64,000 nt of DNA, from positions 5,770,110 through 5,834,109 of the forward strand of contig CM082584.2 of NCBI GenBank assembly GCA_040954595.2. The letters are read 5' to 3'. The position numbers were made by a program, and so were the translations under genes. Under the pieces are notes generated by a model. That model made no database searches. It was given only the letters and a program-made list of their open reading frames with translations, and was not told the origin of the DNA. The DNA is from Balanoglossus misakiensis. Its lineage: Eukaryota > Animalia > Hemichordata. The first letter of the stretch is position 1. Each line of letters begins with the position of its first letter. This document shows, piece by piece, positions 26,752-37,976 of the stretch.

Positions 26752-27695
26752 GGGCACGGAACACCTGTTACACTACTGGTAGGCCTACACTGTAATGAAT
26801 TGTGTATCTCATATTTTGCAGCCAGCCAATGTCATGGTCAGATCATGAATCCATGACGTCGATCTTGACATAGCTCCCTCAGTCATAAACTGACGTGTTT
26901 ATATAGCTTTATCATCACAATGGAATTCCAAAATACCCACGTGACACGTGACAGGGTTATGGTATGGACAACAAGTGGTAGCTTGTGATCATGCACGTAT
27001 ATATGTGATATGAACTTCAAAATGACTTTGGGGAAAGTTACTTGTTTGTCAAACTGTGCGCGCTATAAAATGAAGTCAAGTCTTCACTATTTGGAGGTGC
27101 GGTGAAGTTATTATGGTCTGGAATAAACGTCTTAATTTGGAAAATACCGACGCGAAATTCGTCGAATTTTAATACCAAGTCATGGTTACATAGGCAAAAT
27201 AAAAACAAATCTTTCATCATCTCTGTTGGCTGTATTTGTTTTACGCCAGGTAAAATCGCTTCTGTTTTGTTTCCCTATCGTTATAGAGACTGTGCACACA
27301 TGCGTAGAGCCCCGCACCGGGTGGTACAGCTGATTATATTATAATATCATATCTTCATAATTAGGCCACGAGACGACTGCTCATGTCCGCGTCTCAGTCA
27401 TGCTGATAACTGTTTTGTGTTGGTATAATCGTGCTGTACGACCTTGGCTTAGATTACTAGTATGTTGTTGTCCCGGCGATAGACGGAGGTTCTGTGTCCC
27501 AAGTAACCGTCAATGACTGTTCCAAGTCAAACCGTCAATGACACGACGGTTATCTGAGACGTCATTTGATGCCAGACAGACGAAGTGTCCACACTCCATT
27601 CCAGGCGGAAATTGTTTCTCGATATTACGTTATGTCTCGGTTTTCGGTCGATGTATACTGATTACAACACGAATATACAGTTCTCACCTGCGATA

Positions 27696-27845
27696 ATGCG
27701 ACGACACAGCTACCGGACCAGAATCAAATGAGCCACGCGACAACGTGGCACTGGGTGCAGGCTTTTATACGACCAAAACTAATTAACACCTGTTCACGCT
27801 TATATGTTAAATAAAGCAATCAACATAGGTGCACCTGGCCACGAA
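27696..27845 (-). repeat. Dispersed repeat, copy 2 (inverted relative to 705-843)
   Basis: Reverse-complement match to 705-843. Confidence 0.85.
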
Positions 27846-30149
27846 ACAAAACAAACACTAAACTTCATCACATACTGTAAACACATTATGGGTGCATTGA
27901 AGTACGTGCACGTGAACTGTTTCGGTTGTAGGCAAATGTTTCTAAAACTGTCACTGAAGAAAATATGTGTAGTCAATTTTGAAAAACAAAAGTTATATTT
28001 CAGTCTAGTACAACAATCACTGTGTTGTCAATTTTTGTGTGTGAAAGTAAGCTTGACATTTCGCGATGGTCTAGATAGGGATAAGATGGTCTTAAGTTCA
28101 GTCATGCTTGAAATAATTCTTTTGACAAAATGAAAGGATGTTTACCGGTCTCTAGTATTCCACGGAAGGCTGTGCATCTATTCGTAAACAAGATACACTT
28201 GACCCGAAGTTCAGGTTTGGCATTTGCGAGAGAAGGTGACGGAACGCAAGAACCATGACAACACGACCCGCCCCAAACTGCGACAAGAAAAACAACCACC
28301 AACATGTACAAGTTTCAGACTAAACCGAGTCCCGTCCAACTTCGGAATAGTCAGATTTGTTTATTAATCTAATATTTATATGAAAGATATGAATACTGAT
28401 AAATAACAATCACAAGTAAGAGCATATTGGCCGAATACCGGAGTGTGACCGCCCGTAGCGATTAAAAGCCCACAGGCCTGATGCTATTGAAATGTATATG
28501 CCCCATGCATGCAAGTATCTATGCGTGAATATAATGATATTACATGGCCCAAGTAAGTGTCCCCCCCCCCCCGATCCGCGCACAAATATTTTTTAGAAAA
28601 ACTTCATCCGAATAAAATTGGCCTGTGTATTGTTATGAAAATTCCGATAAACAGTATACCACGCGCGCCACGAATTAGAATTTCCGCATTCTGGAGACCA
28701 TGACAATGTTCACGTAAACAACCGTGACATTTGAATTTCCTGAAGACCCAGAAATTCTAAACCAAAGAATTAAACCCATATGATAATGTGGCTTCTTGGT
28801 TACCTATAACTAATCCATATTATTTTTAATTCTATTCCATGTTGGGGTCTATTTTCCAGGAAAAAATCACGATTTGGCAAAAGATTTCACCTCTCTTATA
28901 GCAAACATTTGCTGGTATACCGAATAAGTTTGTGATCGGCAGGGGTTGGAAATAAGGCAGATCGGTTTACCTTATATTCATGATAGAGTAGTTTGATTTA
29001 ATCATATTGCCAGGTGATATTTCTCTCCTCATATATCCACCCGTACTGTGAGACGGAATTTAGGCTGTAAATTTCCGAGCTTTTATGAACTCGCGCACAG
29101 ATCAGCACTTTCCATTCTTCAGCAAAACTTGTTGATTGCATGTGAAAATGTTTTTACTATGGTATATCGGAGAACCTTCGTTTATTTTTGGCATTATCTT
29201 ACCCTGAACTTCCCAAAAGAAAACTGAACAGTCATTCACCGAGGCAACAAACTCACTTCGTTTCTCAACCACATCCACGGTTTACGGAGATTCTTATATA
29301 AACCCTTGTCACTCTATAAACCTCGCATATGTACCAAGTTAAGCTCCCTTGAGCAAGAATATTTCGGTAGTTGTAGAAAGTTCTGTTTCAGCTTAAGAGA
29401 GAGAGAGAGTCCCTACTTGTTTCCTCTTTCCTTGTCGAGATGTTGAAAAAAACTGTCTTTGAATCGAACGTATATAAGGAAATAAAAAAATAATGAAGGT
29501 CGGGCACACCTGCATGAAGCAGAAATGAGGCGCGTATATCATGACATAGCCATGCATGGGAAAACATGTCTGTCGCGGCGCGGGACATCATAAAACTTTT
29601 TACACGGTGACGGGGAAATCAATAAAAAGACACAACCTTCAAATACATGCACTACCCCAATATTACAAAATTATTTGTTTGTGATGTCATCATTTCAAGG
29701 TAAATTGCGAAAGGTGTGTTTTAAGAAAAGCGGCGGAAACGTGTATCCGGCGGTCCCATCGCAGGATCGCCCTGCAATGGGACATACTCGCACCGAAGTT
29801 ACCGCGCGGCCTTGAAAAGTTGCCTCACCGTCTTCTCGGTTTATGGAGTAAGAGTGGTTCTGAATTAGCTATCAAATTTTATGATTGGGACACGAAAAGT
29901 AGTTTGGTGTGTTCGGTTCACCCCGGGCTGAGGACACCGTGAAATGTCAGAATGAGTGGGTGGGTGCATGCGTCGTGTCCATAAAGAAAAGAAATGGTCG
30001 CAAACGGAGACTGGAGAGTGGATTTAGATATTTGAAATAAAACTGTCTTCGGCCTGGTGGTGGAGTGTAAAAGTCACTATAAATCAGAAAACGGTATGGT
30101 TCGTGTTACACTAAGTGTAGTGATTCATCCAATGCCAAATTGAAATCGT

Positions 30150-30300
30150 AAAGAGAGAGGGGGAGAGAGACAGATAGACAGAGAGAGAGAGACATGGATA
30201 GATAGAGAGAGAGAGACAGGCAGGCAGGCAGACAGACAGACAGACAGACAGCAAAGAAAGCAGCGAGAGCAGGGACAGACAGATGGACAGACAGGGACAC
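30150..30300. repeat. Compound (GA)n/(GACA)n/(GGCA)n microsatellite
   Basis: Seen directly. Confidence 0.9.
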
Positions 30301-32584
30301 GCAGAGACTATGACGAACACACAGACAGACATACCCCTTTCTCACGTGCCTTCAACGCCGCCCCAGCGGCGGTGCTAGGGCGGCGTTAATTTGTAAGTGC
30401 CACGTGTGAAAAGGTGAGAGCGGCCCTGCGCCGCTCTTTTTTTGTGACGGTGTTGAGGGGTGGGACCTGGGTCGGGGCGCCGCACTAAACAGCGATTCAA
30501 ATCACGTGTGAACAGAAACACCGCACTAAACGCCGATCTAAACGCACTCTGCCGACGCGGTTTGAGGGGATACAAGTGGCAGTTTCTAATGAGCTTGCAT
30601 GTAAAATTACCCCTCTGAAAAGAGCGATGTTTAGCACCTTGCTTAGTCAACGGTCAATTTGCCTTGTTGCTGATGGTCATCAGTAAAATGAGGAGCCCCA
30701 AAACCTACAGGCAAAGCCTTGAGGTAGTCGGAACTTACTGCAGCTGGGGCTCTGCTGAAAAAATTGAGACGCCCAGTGGAAGTGGTAGTGAAACTTGTAG
30801 CAAAGTTCATGGTGATAATTGCTAGGCAACTAGGTCTTGCCATTGTCTGGCTAAAAATACATCCCTGTGCGTGAATAAATTAAAAACGTCTTTGTCCCAA
30901 GGGACCAACTCAAAGCCACATCCCGGTATGCTTTTACTACTAGCATGGAGTCATGCTACTAGTATATTACGCACTGGTTGCAAAGCTGTAAGACTCACAG
31001 GCGGTACCGTAGAAGCGCTTATACTTATAGGATGACTGTACAAAAACTGGAAAAGTGTGGATTTTCTCGGATCTTCCATTTATTTGATGCGGAACAACAA
31101 ATGGGACAAGTGGCGAAATGTGTCCTTGATTTTCAATCGCACCATGAAGCCTATTTGAACCTAATTTGCATAAATGTCCGAGTGCGGTGATCCCGTCCCT
31201 TTTATACACATGTGAATGCAAAACTATTTGAGTCGCTGATAAGAAATGTTTGCCAACTTTTATAATCCTCAAAAGGGCGCCCTAATCATTGCACGTGAGA
31301 AAGCCCTTACAGATAGATAGATAGATATAGACAGACAGCTCAGATAGACACAAAACAGAATAGGAAAGATGGAATTAACAAAAACTTGACATGAATGCGA
31401 TTCTCAAAAATTATTTCTGTTTTGTCTCGTGCTTCGATTTTAGATTTTTTCAATAATTCTACTAAGCACCGTTACCCCGGTTGAAAATGGGTCGCGCAGA
31501 TAATTTATGAACACAGCACTTGGAGAGCGCGTGAACTGTTGAAGTGAACTTTACAAACATAGACACGCATTGTGCTATAAAAGATCCAGGGTAGTCGCTC
31601 GTTAGATATGTATGTATGTTACATGTACTGTGGGGTTAATCTCTCTCGGATCTGCAGATGGGCTTCCGCAGTTTTGTGGTATTAAAACACGAGGAAAATG
31701 TTGGCGTGTTTTTTTAAATACAAATTTTGATACCCACATATGATTTGAATGATTTTAGTCTTATATCAACCAATTTTCATCGCCTGCTCGCTACCAAATC
31801 GTTGAGTATATATGCATGTATTGTATTGTTGTGCAATGGTTGGATTGCAGATCATGATGAGTTGGTAAAGTGTGTAGGCCTACATGTAGGCACACACGGC
31901 AAATGCCAGTAATAGAACAAAAAACTAATTAATAACGGTACAGGAACGCTACTTTCTCCTCCAATAAACTTATTTTTATTCGTTTAGGGCATATACCCCG
32001 GCAGACCGTACCCTATCATATAACCCTAACCCCAGCCCTATCTAAACTGCGGCTAAGATTTCATTCAAATAATTTTCCTACACTGTTCTATTTGCCTTAG
32101 CTTTCCCAGATTGACTCGCTTAACTTTCTTACTGTATTTATTCATTTCCGTGTACGAAAATTAATTTACACTGGTCTACACAGAAAACCTATCAGCTACG
32201 TTTAAGCATAAGCACTAGAAAAGTGTATATGCTTATATTTAATTTTAATACGAATCGGACCAAATCATGGCATTTGAGATACCACTATGATTTGCAGAAA
32301 TCCATTGCAGCTTATCAGATGACTAAAACCAGCATGATATTTAACCAGGGGTGATTTTATTTGAGTCAGCTCTGAGGCCAGTCACCTTGATGATTCGTAA
32401 CTTTCTAAATAATAACAACCCTGAATATTGAACAGTGACAACACTATGAATGCACAGCTACAGGGTAGAGCGCCGAACATGTGTCACACTATTACGACAA
32501 CATAGGCCTATACAGTACACGCTCGGTTCTGACAGTACCAGATCACGGGGTCTTTCCTCGCTCACAGAGTTTCGTGTGGTCGAC

Positions 32585-33085
32585 TGAGTCACCATGAGGA
32601 ACACACCGCGGCTTATATACCCCGTCTAAATATAGAACTAAAGCCCCGGAAAAAGTGATTCCTATGATTAAACACTGGCACAGGTACTCAGTTCTGTCTC
32701 CCACGCTTATCGGATTATACTGTGAACTCTGAACCCCCACGATACCATATATGGAGCACCCGAGGAATTCCGCTCCGGAACACTCATCTACATTGACGTC
32801 ATTGAGCTCATACATATTCATCATCTCGGTATTATTATTAGTATTTATTTACGGTAACCCGGACGACGGCGACGTGAACTGCAGGCTCGGATCTAGTCGA
32901 CTGAGCCTGCGTCTGAGCGGGCAGCAGCGCTTATATAGGGAGCTAAAAATAGAACGGTCGCTGATTGGTCGAGCCGGCTAATTGGAATGAAGCGGTAAAA
33001 GATGTTTTCTTATGACTCGTTCTAGAGAGGAATTTGTATGTTGGATAAAAAGGCAATACGGTCAGTGTTCAGCAAAGTATCAGTT
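32585..33085 (+). promoter_or_regulatory. KLF proximal promoter with MEF2, CArG, CRE, AP-1 and CCAAT motifs
   Basis: AP-1 TGAGTCA 32585-32591; MEF2 CTAAATATAG 32626-32635 and CTAAAAATAG 32943-32952; CArG CCATATATGG 32745-32754; CRE TGACGTCA 32794-32801; ATTGG boxes at 32964 and 32981. All lie within 600 bp upstream of the ATG at 33147. The transcription start is not fixed. Confidence 0.75.
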
Positions 33086-33146
33086 AGAGAGGATCGTACA
33101 TCTCACGCTGTTCAGAGAATTGCTATATTTTGTCTACACGTCTAGA

Positions 33147-34880
33147 ATGTCAACAACATTCGGAATGGAGAGTCCGCCGTTCCCGGCGAATAGTGTCAGT
33201 CTTGGAGATTCATCCGATATTGTCAACGTAAGTATGCAGTTTTATTTTCCGATCGATTTGTATTTTTTTGCATGCATGCACGCTGCTTTTAATTGCGTGA
33301 TGGATCGTGATGAAATGCGCGCATACCGCAGAATTGATGTGTATGTATTTGATAAGGATGCATTGTGTTTGCAAACATTTCGGTTAACTGGCACAAAAAT
33401 ATTTTTTGAAAAAATTATAAGAAGCCGCGCGGTGCGTTACCATCGCGTCAACCGTGCCATTAGCGTAGTGAACATGTGTAGATCAGCTGAAAGTTGCGAA
33501 ATCTGGAATTGATGACATGATCGGAATGAGGAAGTACTATCAAACAGAAAAAAAAGTGTTCTTAATCATTACGCGACAAGTGTCTGTAAAATATTTCCCG
33601 TTTTTAACTATTTTATTCAACGAGGTTTTCGGTGAACTTGGTTAGGTCTTGCGTAACACGAAACTCCCAGGTCCGCGTCATTGTTTATCTAACGACTTTA
33701 TGCAAATCAGTCTTTGTTTTACTACAATGACAGCCTGGGTTCACCTAATTAACTTGATTATCTTTAGTGAAAGTGGTGGCGAGTAGTCAAATGATCATTA
33801 ATTATCACAAACTTAACTCCAGTTGCGTGCACTGGAAATTTAATTTATCATTTATACAAGTTCATTTTTTTAATCGATTCCAATCACTTTGTGTCATTTC
33901 AGGTCTGGCAAGATGTTGAGAGCTTTCTGTATGGCGACTTCAACTTCCAGTCGCAAGCAGATCACTCGAGATATGAAGCCCGCAGTCCCGGCGCATCCAG
34001 TACCTCGACCACCACCAGTGGATCGGGGTCAGCGATCGACACCATTGACACCAACTACACCGACCTGCTTGATCTTGACTTCATCATCAACAACACGATG
34101 AACGAGGACAGGGCGCTGCTCTACCCGGATGTCAAGGTGAAACAGGAACAGCTGGACGACCTATGCATTCCAGACTTCAGTTCTGCTTTCACGGACATCC
34201 CGGACATTTCCATGGAGACGACTGCCAAGCCGATATTCGCGCCCAAAGAATACACCGAGCTGCAAGCGCCCAATCAGAAACCGGTGTACGCCACGAACAG
34301 TGCCTGCTTCCCGGTCGTTCACATGCCAAACAGCCACCTTTCGCCGCCCGCATCACCAGAAAGCGGTCTCCTGGAACCGCCACTCAAACGCGCCTACTTC
34401 AAGCAGGAACCCCTGTCGTTGCAAATGCCCACAACCCACCACCATCACCACCACCACCAGGGGGGTGCACACCACCCGATGACACCGCCGTCATCGCCAC
34501 TGTTGGACTTGCTCATGAATTCAACGGCGGCAACCACGGAGAGGCTAACGCTCCAGCAGACGGCGGCGCCCACCACGACCAAGAGAAAGGGCAGGCGCAG
34601 CTGGGGTCGCAAGCGTACAGCCAGCCACACATGCACCTACGAAGGCTGCAGCAAAACGTACACTAAAAGCTCCCACCTGAAAGCCCACCTCAGGACTCAC
34701 ACCGGCGAGAAACCCTACCATTGCACGTGGAAAGGCTGCGGCTGGAAGTTCGCCAGATCCGACGAGCTCACTCGCCACTACCGCAAGCACACGGGAGACC
34801 GCCCGTTCCAGTGCCGTCTCTGCGAACGTGCCTTCTCACGGTCAGACCATCTGTCGCTGCACATGAAAAGACACATGTAA
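33147..34880 (+). CDS. klf1/2/4: Kruppel-like factor of the KLF1/2/4 group, 2 exons, 352 aa
   Basis: Exon 1 33147-33227 ([12 protein letters not shown]...DIVN|gtaag) and exon 2 33903-34880, phase 0. Three C-terminal C2H2 fingers of KLF type ([57 protein letters not shown]). Basic [16 protein letters not shown] segment and DLLDLDFII motif are characteristic of KLF2/4. Confidence 0.95.
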
Positions 34881-35792
34881 AGAACTTCAGTGAACAATAG
34901 ATATAGCTAAATTCACTGCCACTCCAGAGTAGGGCAGACCTGACTCGATGGTTGCTGTCACTGCTATACACCAAACCCCCACTGCTGGCTGGTGGGCGGG
35001 CGGAAGATGGCAATGCCTGGGCCATTCCAGCGCGGTTCTACTTGCTGCCGAACAGGGTTTCACCTCATCAGTACTCACCTGTCAATCATAGAGAAAACGC
35101 AACAATTCGCTTTCCACGAACCTGTACGGACACTTTTCTAGACGAGCTATCAAAAATGTACAATTGTTAAACACAGTAGAATTTCAATTTTCTCAACTGC
35201 ATGCTTGAAAAACATGATAATACGGATTTAATGATTTACCGGTCTGCGTTTAGTGAAACTTTTTTCACCGAGATGTATATTTCTACAAATCTATTTCTCA
35301 CTGAATAGTGTACATATATTATAGTGCAATTTGAATTTTTAACGAAGATTAGCAAAAAAGGTCTTTGTTTTTGTGGTTTCCTCTCCGAGAGAGACTTGAT
35401 ATTTTCATCATTTTTATGGTAAAGTTAAGAACTTCCCTGGCGCTCGATACTTTGCCCACGTGGTTCAAGTTGGCAACGATTCACGTCGTTCCTGACAACC
35501 TGTGAAAATCAGAGGCAAAGTATTGATGAACCAGTTTTGTGGAAATTTTGGGTTTAAACCTCGCAGAATATGAAATACTTTTCGCTGTTTCAATACTTTC
35601 GGTTGAAACGTAATGTACAGAGCTTTTTTTATATTTATGTACAGTATATATCTATATTCTTTTTATTACTGGAAATACAATAACATAAAATGGAAATGTA
35701 CATATCTTGTCCTGTCGCATTGTATGTGTGCGCATGTGTGAACGTAATGAGAGGTGTGAAAGTGAACTAAAATAGCTTTGAAATCCAATGTT

Positions 35793-35822
35793 GAATGAAT
35801 GAATGAATGAATGAATGAATGA
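35793..35822. repeat. (GAAT)n microsatellite
   Basis: Seen directly. Confidence 0.9.
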
Positions 35823-37915
35823 TTGGATGAATAAATTCTATTCTTATCCAATGCAATCCAATCGTCCTCGTACAGACAACGGGTTTCTACCCCACAGTGG
35901 ACTTGGTTATAATACTCATGAAAGCCACGCATGATTGCCGGGCATCGCCTTGCCCTGACCTGGCCAAGACTCCACTGCCTTTCCCACGATTACCAAGTGT
36001 TTGTAACCTCAGTCTCCCGTTGATCACAGAAAATGTGCTATCACCCCTGGTCGAGTTTGCAATCCCGAGTGAACGACCACCGTGTGCCTGCATTACTTCG
36101 GTCCGGTGGGGGCGCAATTACAGAGGACGTGGATATAAATGGCGGATACCGCCAGTGCTGGCATTTTGAAACGAAACCAGACAAGTCTCAGATAACATAT
36201 TAGTTCTACTAAATAAATTGCATTATTCAATCTAGTCAAGTCACCCCACAAATGTCCGTGGTTATTCTTATTTCTACACATTATTCAATTTAAAATTTTC
36301 TCTGTACACTACAAGAAGCCTCGTCAGTTTTAAAACTACATTTGTACTACACGTCTTGAAAATATCAATCTACACTCAATGAATCATTATGATAACTGCA
36401 AGCTGTGAATGGAAATGCAAGGCTATCGGAAGACAACCCGTCCACGGTCACACTGGTCCTCTTGTTCCCTGTCCCCTTTCTGACGCTGCTGGCGCTACAC
36501 TCAGCGCAAACAGCGGTGGGAATGGGGGCAGGGCAGGCCTGGGGGCAGGGGACCAGACTATCACACAGGTTGCTCAAAATACTGACGTCCACTGTAGAGG
36601 GCGCGCTATACAAACTTTGGATTTCCATGACACACGTCTGACGCAGTAGGGAGCAAGTAGTTACACCCATCCGTGATTCAGCAAATAATTCAAAATTTTG
36701 ATTATTAAATATAACATCGCAGTAAGCCAATGCTATCAAAATTAATCAATAAGAAAAGGAAAAACATGGGAAGTAAACCTGTTTCTCACCGCACAGATCC
36801 GAACACACCCCTTGTTGCGAAGTACAAGGACGACACAGTCTTCTCTCGAATCGACGATTTATTCGACCACGGATACGAACTAATACAAACTCATAGACCC
36901 ATTCAGTCACAAACTATTTACATTTCTAGGTCCAAAACTTTAACTACAGTGAGACAAAACTGTTAGACTTTTCTCATATTTAAATCAAGTATTGAAATGC
37001 AAAATAAAGTGTTAAAATGCAAATTAAGAACGACGGGAGTGGTTCTTCTTTTCTCCACACCTCCAACATATTATTTCGAAAACACGCGTCCCATCGTTCT
37101 CCTCATTTGTGATCTATGTCACCATGGAAACCATTAAGAGGAATTGGCGTGGTGGCCGGTTTGTCCCCCCCCCTACGACACGTTGTTAAATGCCAAGGGT
37201 CTATGATAAATTTTGAAAGAAGTTGCGCATATCAAAATTTACTCAAATCTACAAAATTGTTTATATAAGGTTTTGCTAATACGAAGATAAATAGCCAAGA
37301 CAAAAATGAAATATTGCAGCCCAGAGATTATAGAAGACCAGGCCTACCATTTACGAGACTATATGCGTTAACACATTCTATGGAACCGAAGTACATCCAA
37401 AGTGCATCCGAAGTCTGCCACTTGAACATACTCTACAGAATCATACAACACTCCCAACTATACGCCTACAATAAATGGCAGTGCATTGTAAAGTTGTATA
37501 TTTCGGGTGTATAGCCTAGGCGACCCCACCTCATTCCAGTCCCTTTCAAAAGGGCTAGGTGCGTTTCTGGTGGCTTTCCCAACCCATACCAATCACACCT
37601 ACAATAGTAGTTAATACAACAGTGAGTTTGGAGTGCACCGGAACTGTACCCGAGATTTGTTTTCTGATGACCCCGAGGTATACCCTAAACACGTGTTACC
37701 TATACAACGGCCACTTGAAGATGTAGTTCGTGGTACATGGTGTACACGTAAAGGCATCCTTTGTGGGCGTATTTTGGGTGCACCCGGTTTTGTAGCTGTG
37801 GTAACGCAGCTGTATGTAACGTTGGGGTGATCATCATAAATAGGGCTGGCCTAAATCAGTATTTATAGGTGAGTATATAATGAAAAACGCCCAATAGTTC
37901 GCCCTATCTAATTTC

Positions 37916-37917
<2 letters not shown>

Positions 37918-37974
<57 letters not shown>
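37918..37974. repeat. (AG)n microsatellite
   Basis: Perfect AG run. Confidence 0.97.

Positions 37975-37976
<2 letters not shown>

Noticed and set aside
26414-26795. Five overlapping HTYI/MYVC ORFs
   Set aside because: Translation artefacts of the (TACA)n microsatellite.
30418-30444. GC hairpin followed by a T run, like a bacterial intrinsic terminator
   Set aside because: Eukaryotic context, and no upstream Pol III gene with A/B boxes was recognised.
32021-32040. TAACCC telomere-like units
   Set aside because: Only two exact units; chance level.
33012-33512. 166-aa ORF
   Set aside because: It is KLF exon 1 read through into 5' UTR and intron sequence; only 33147-33227 is coding.
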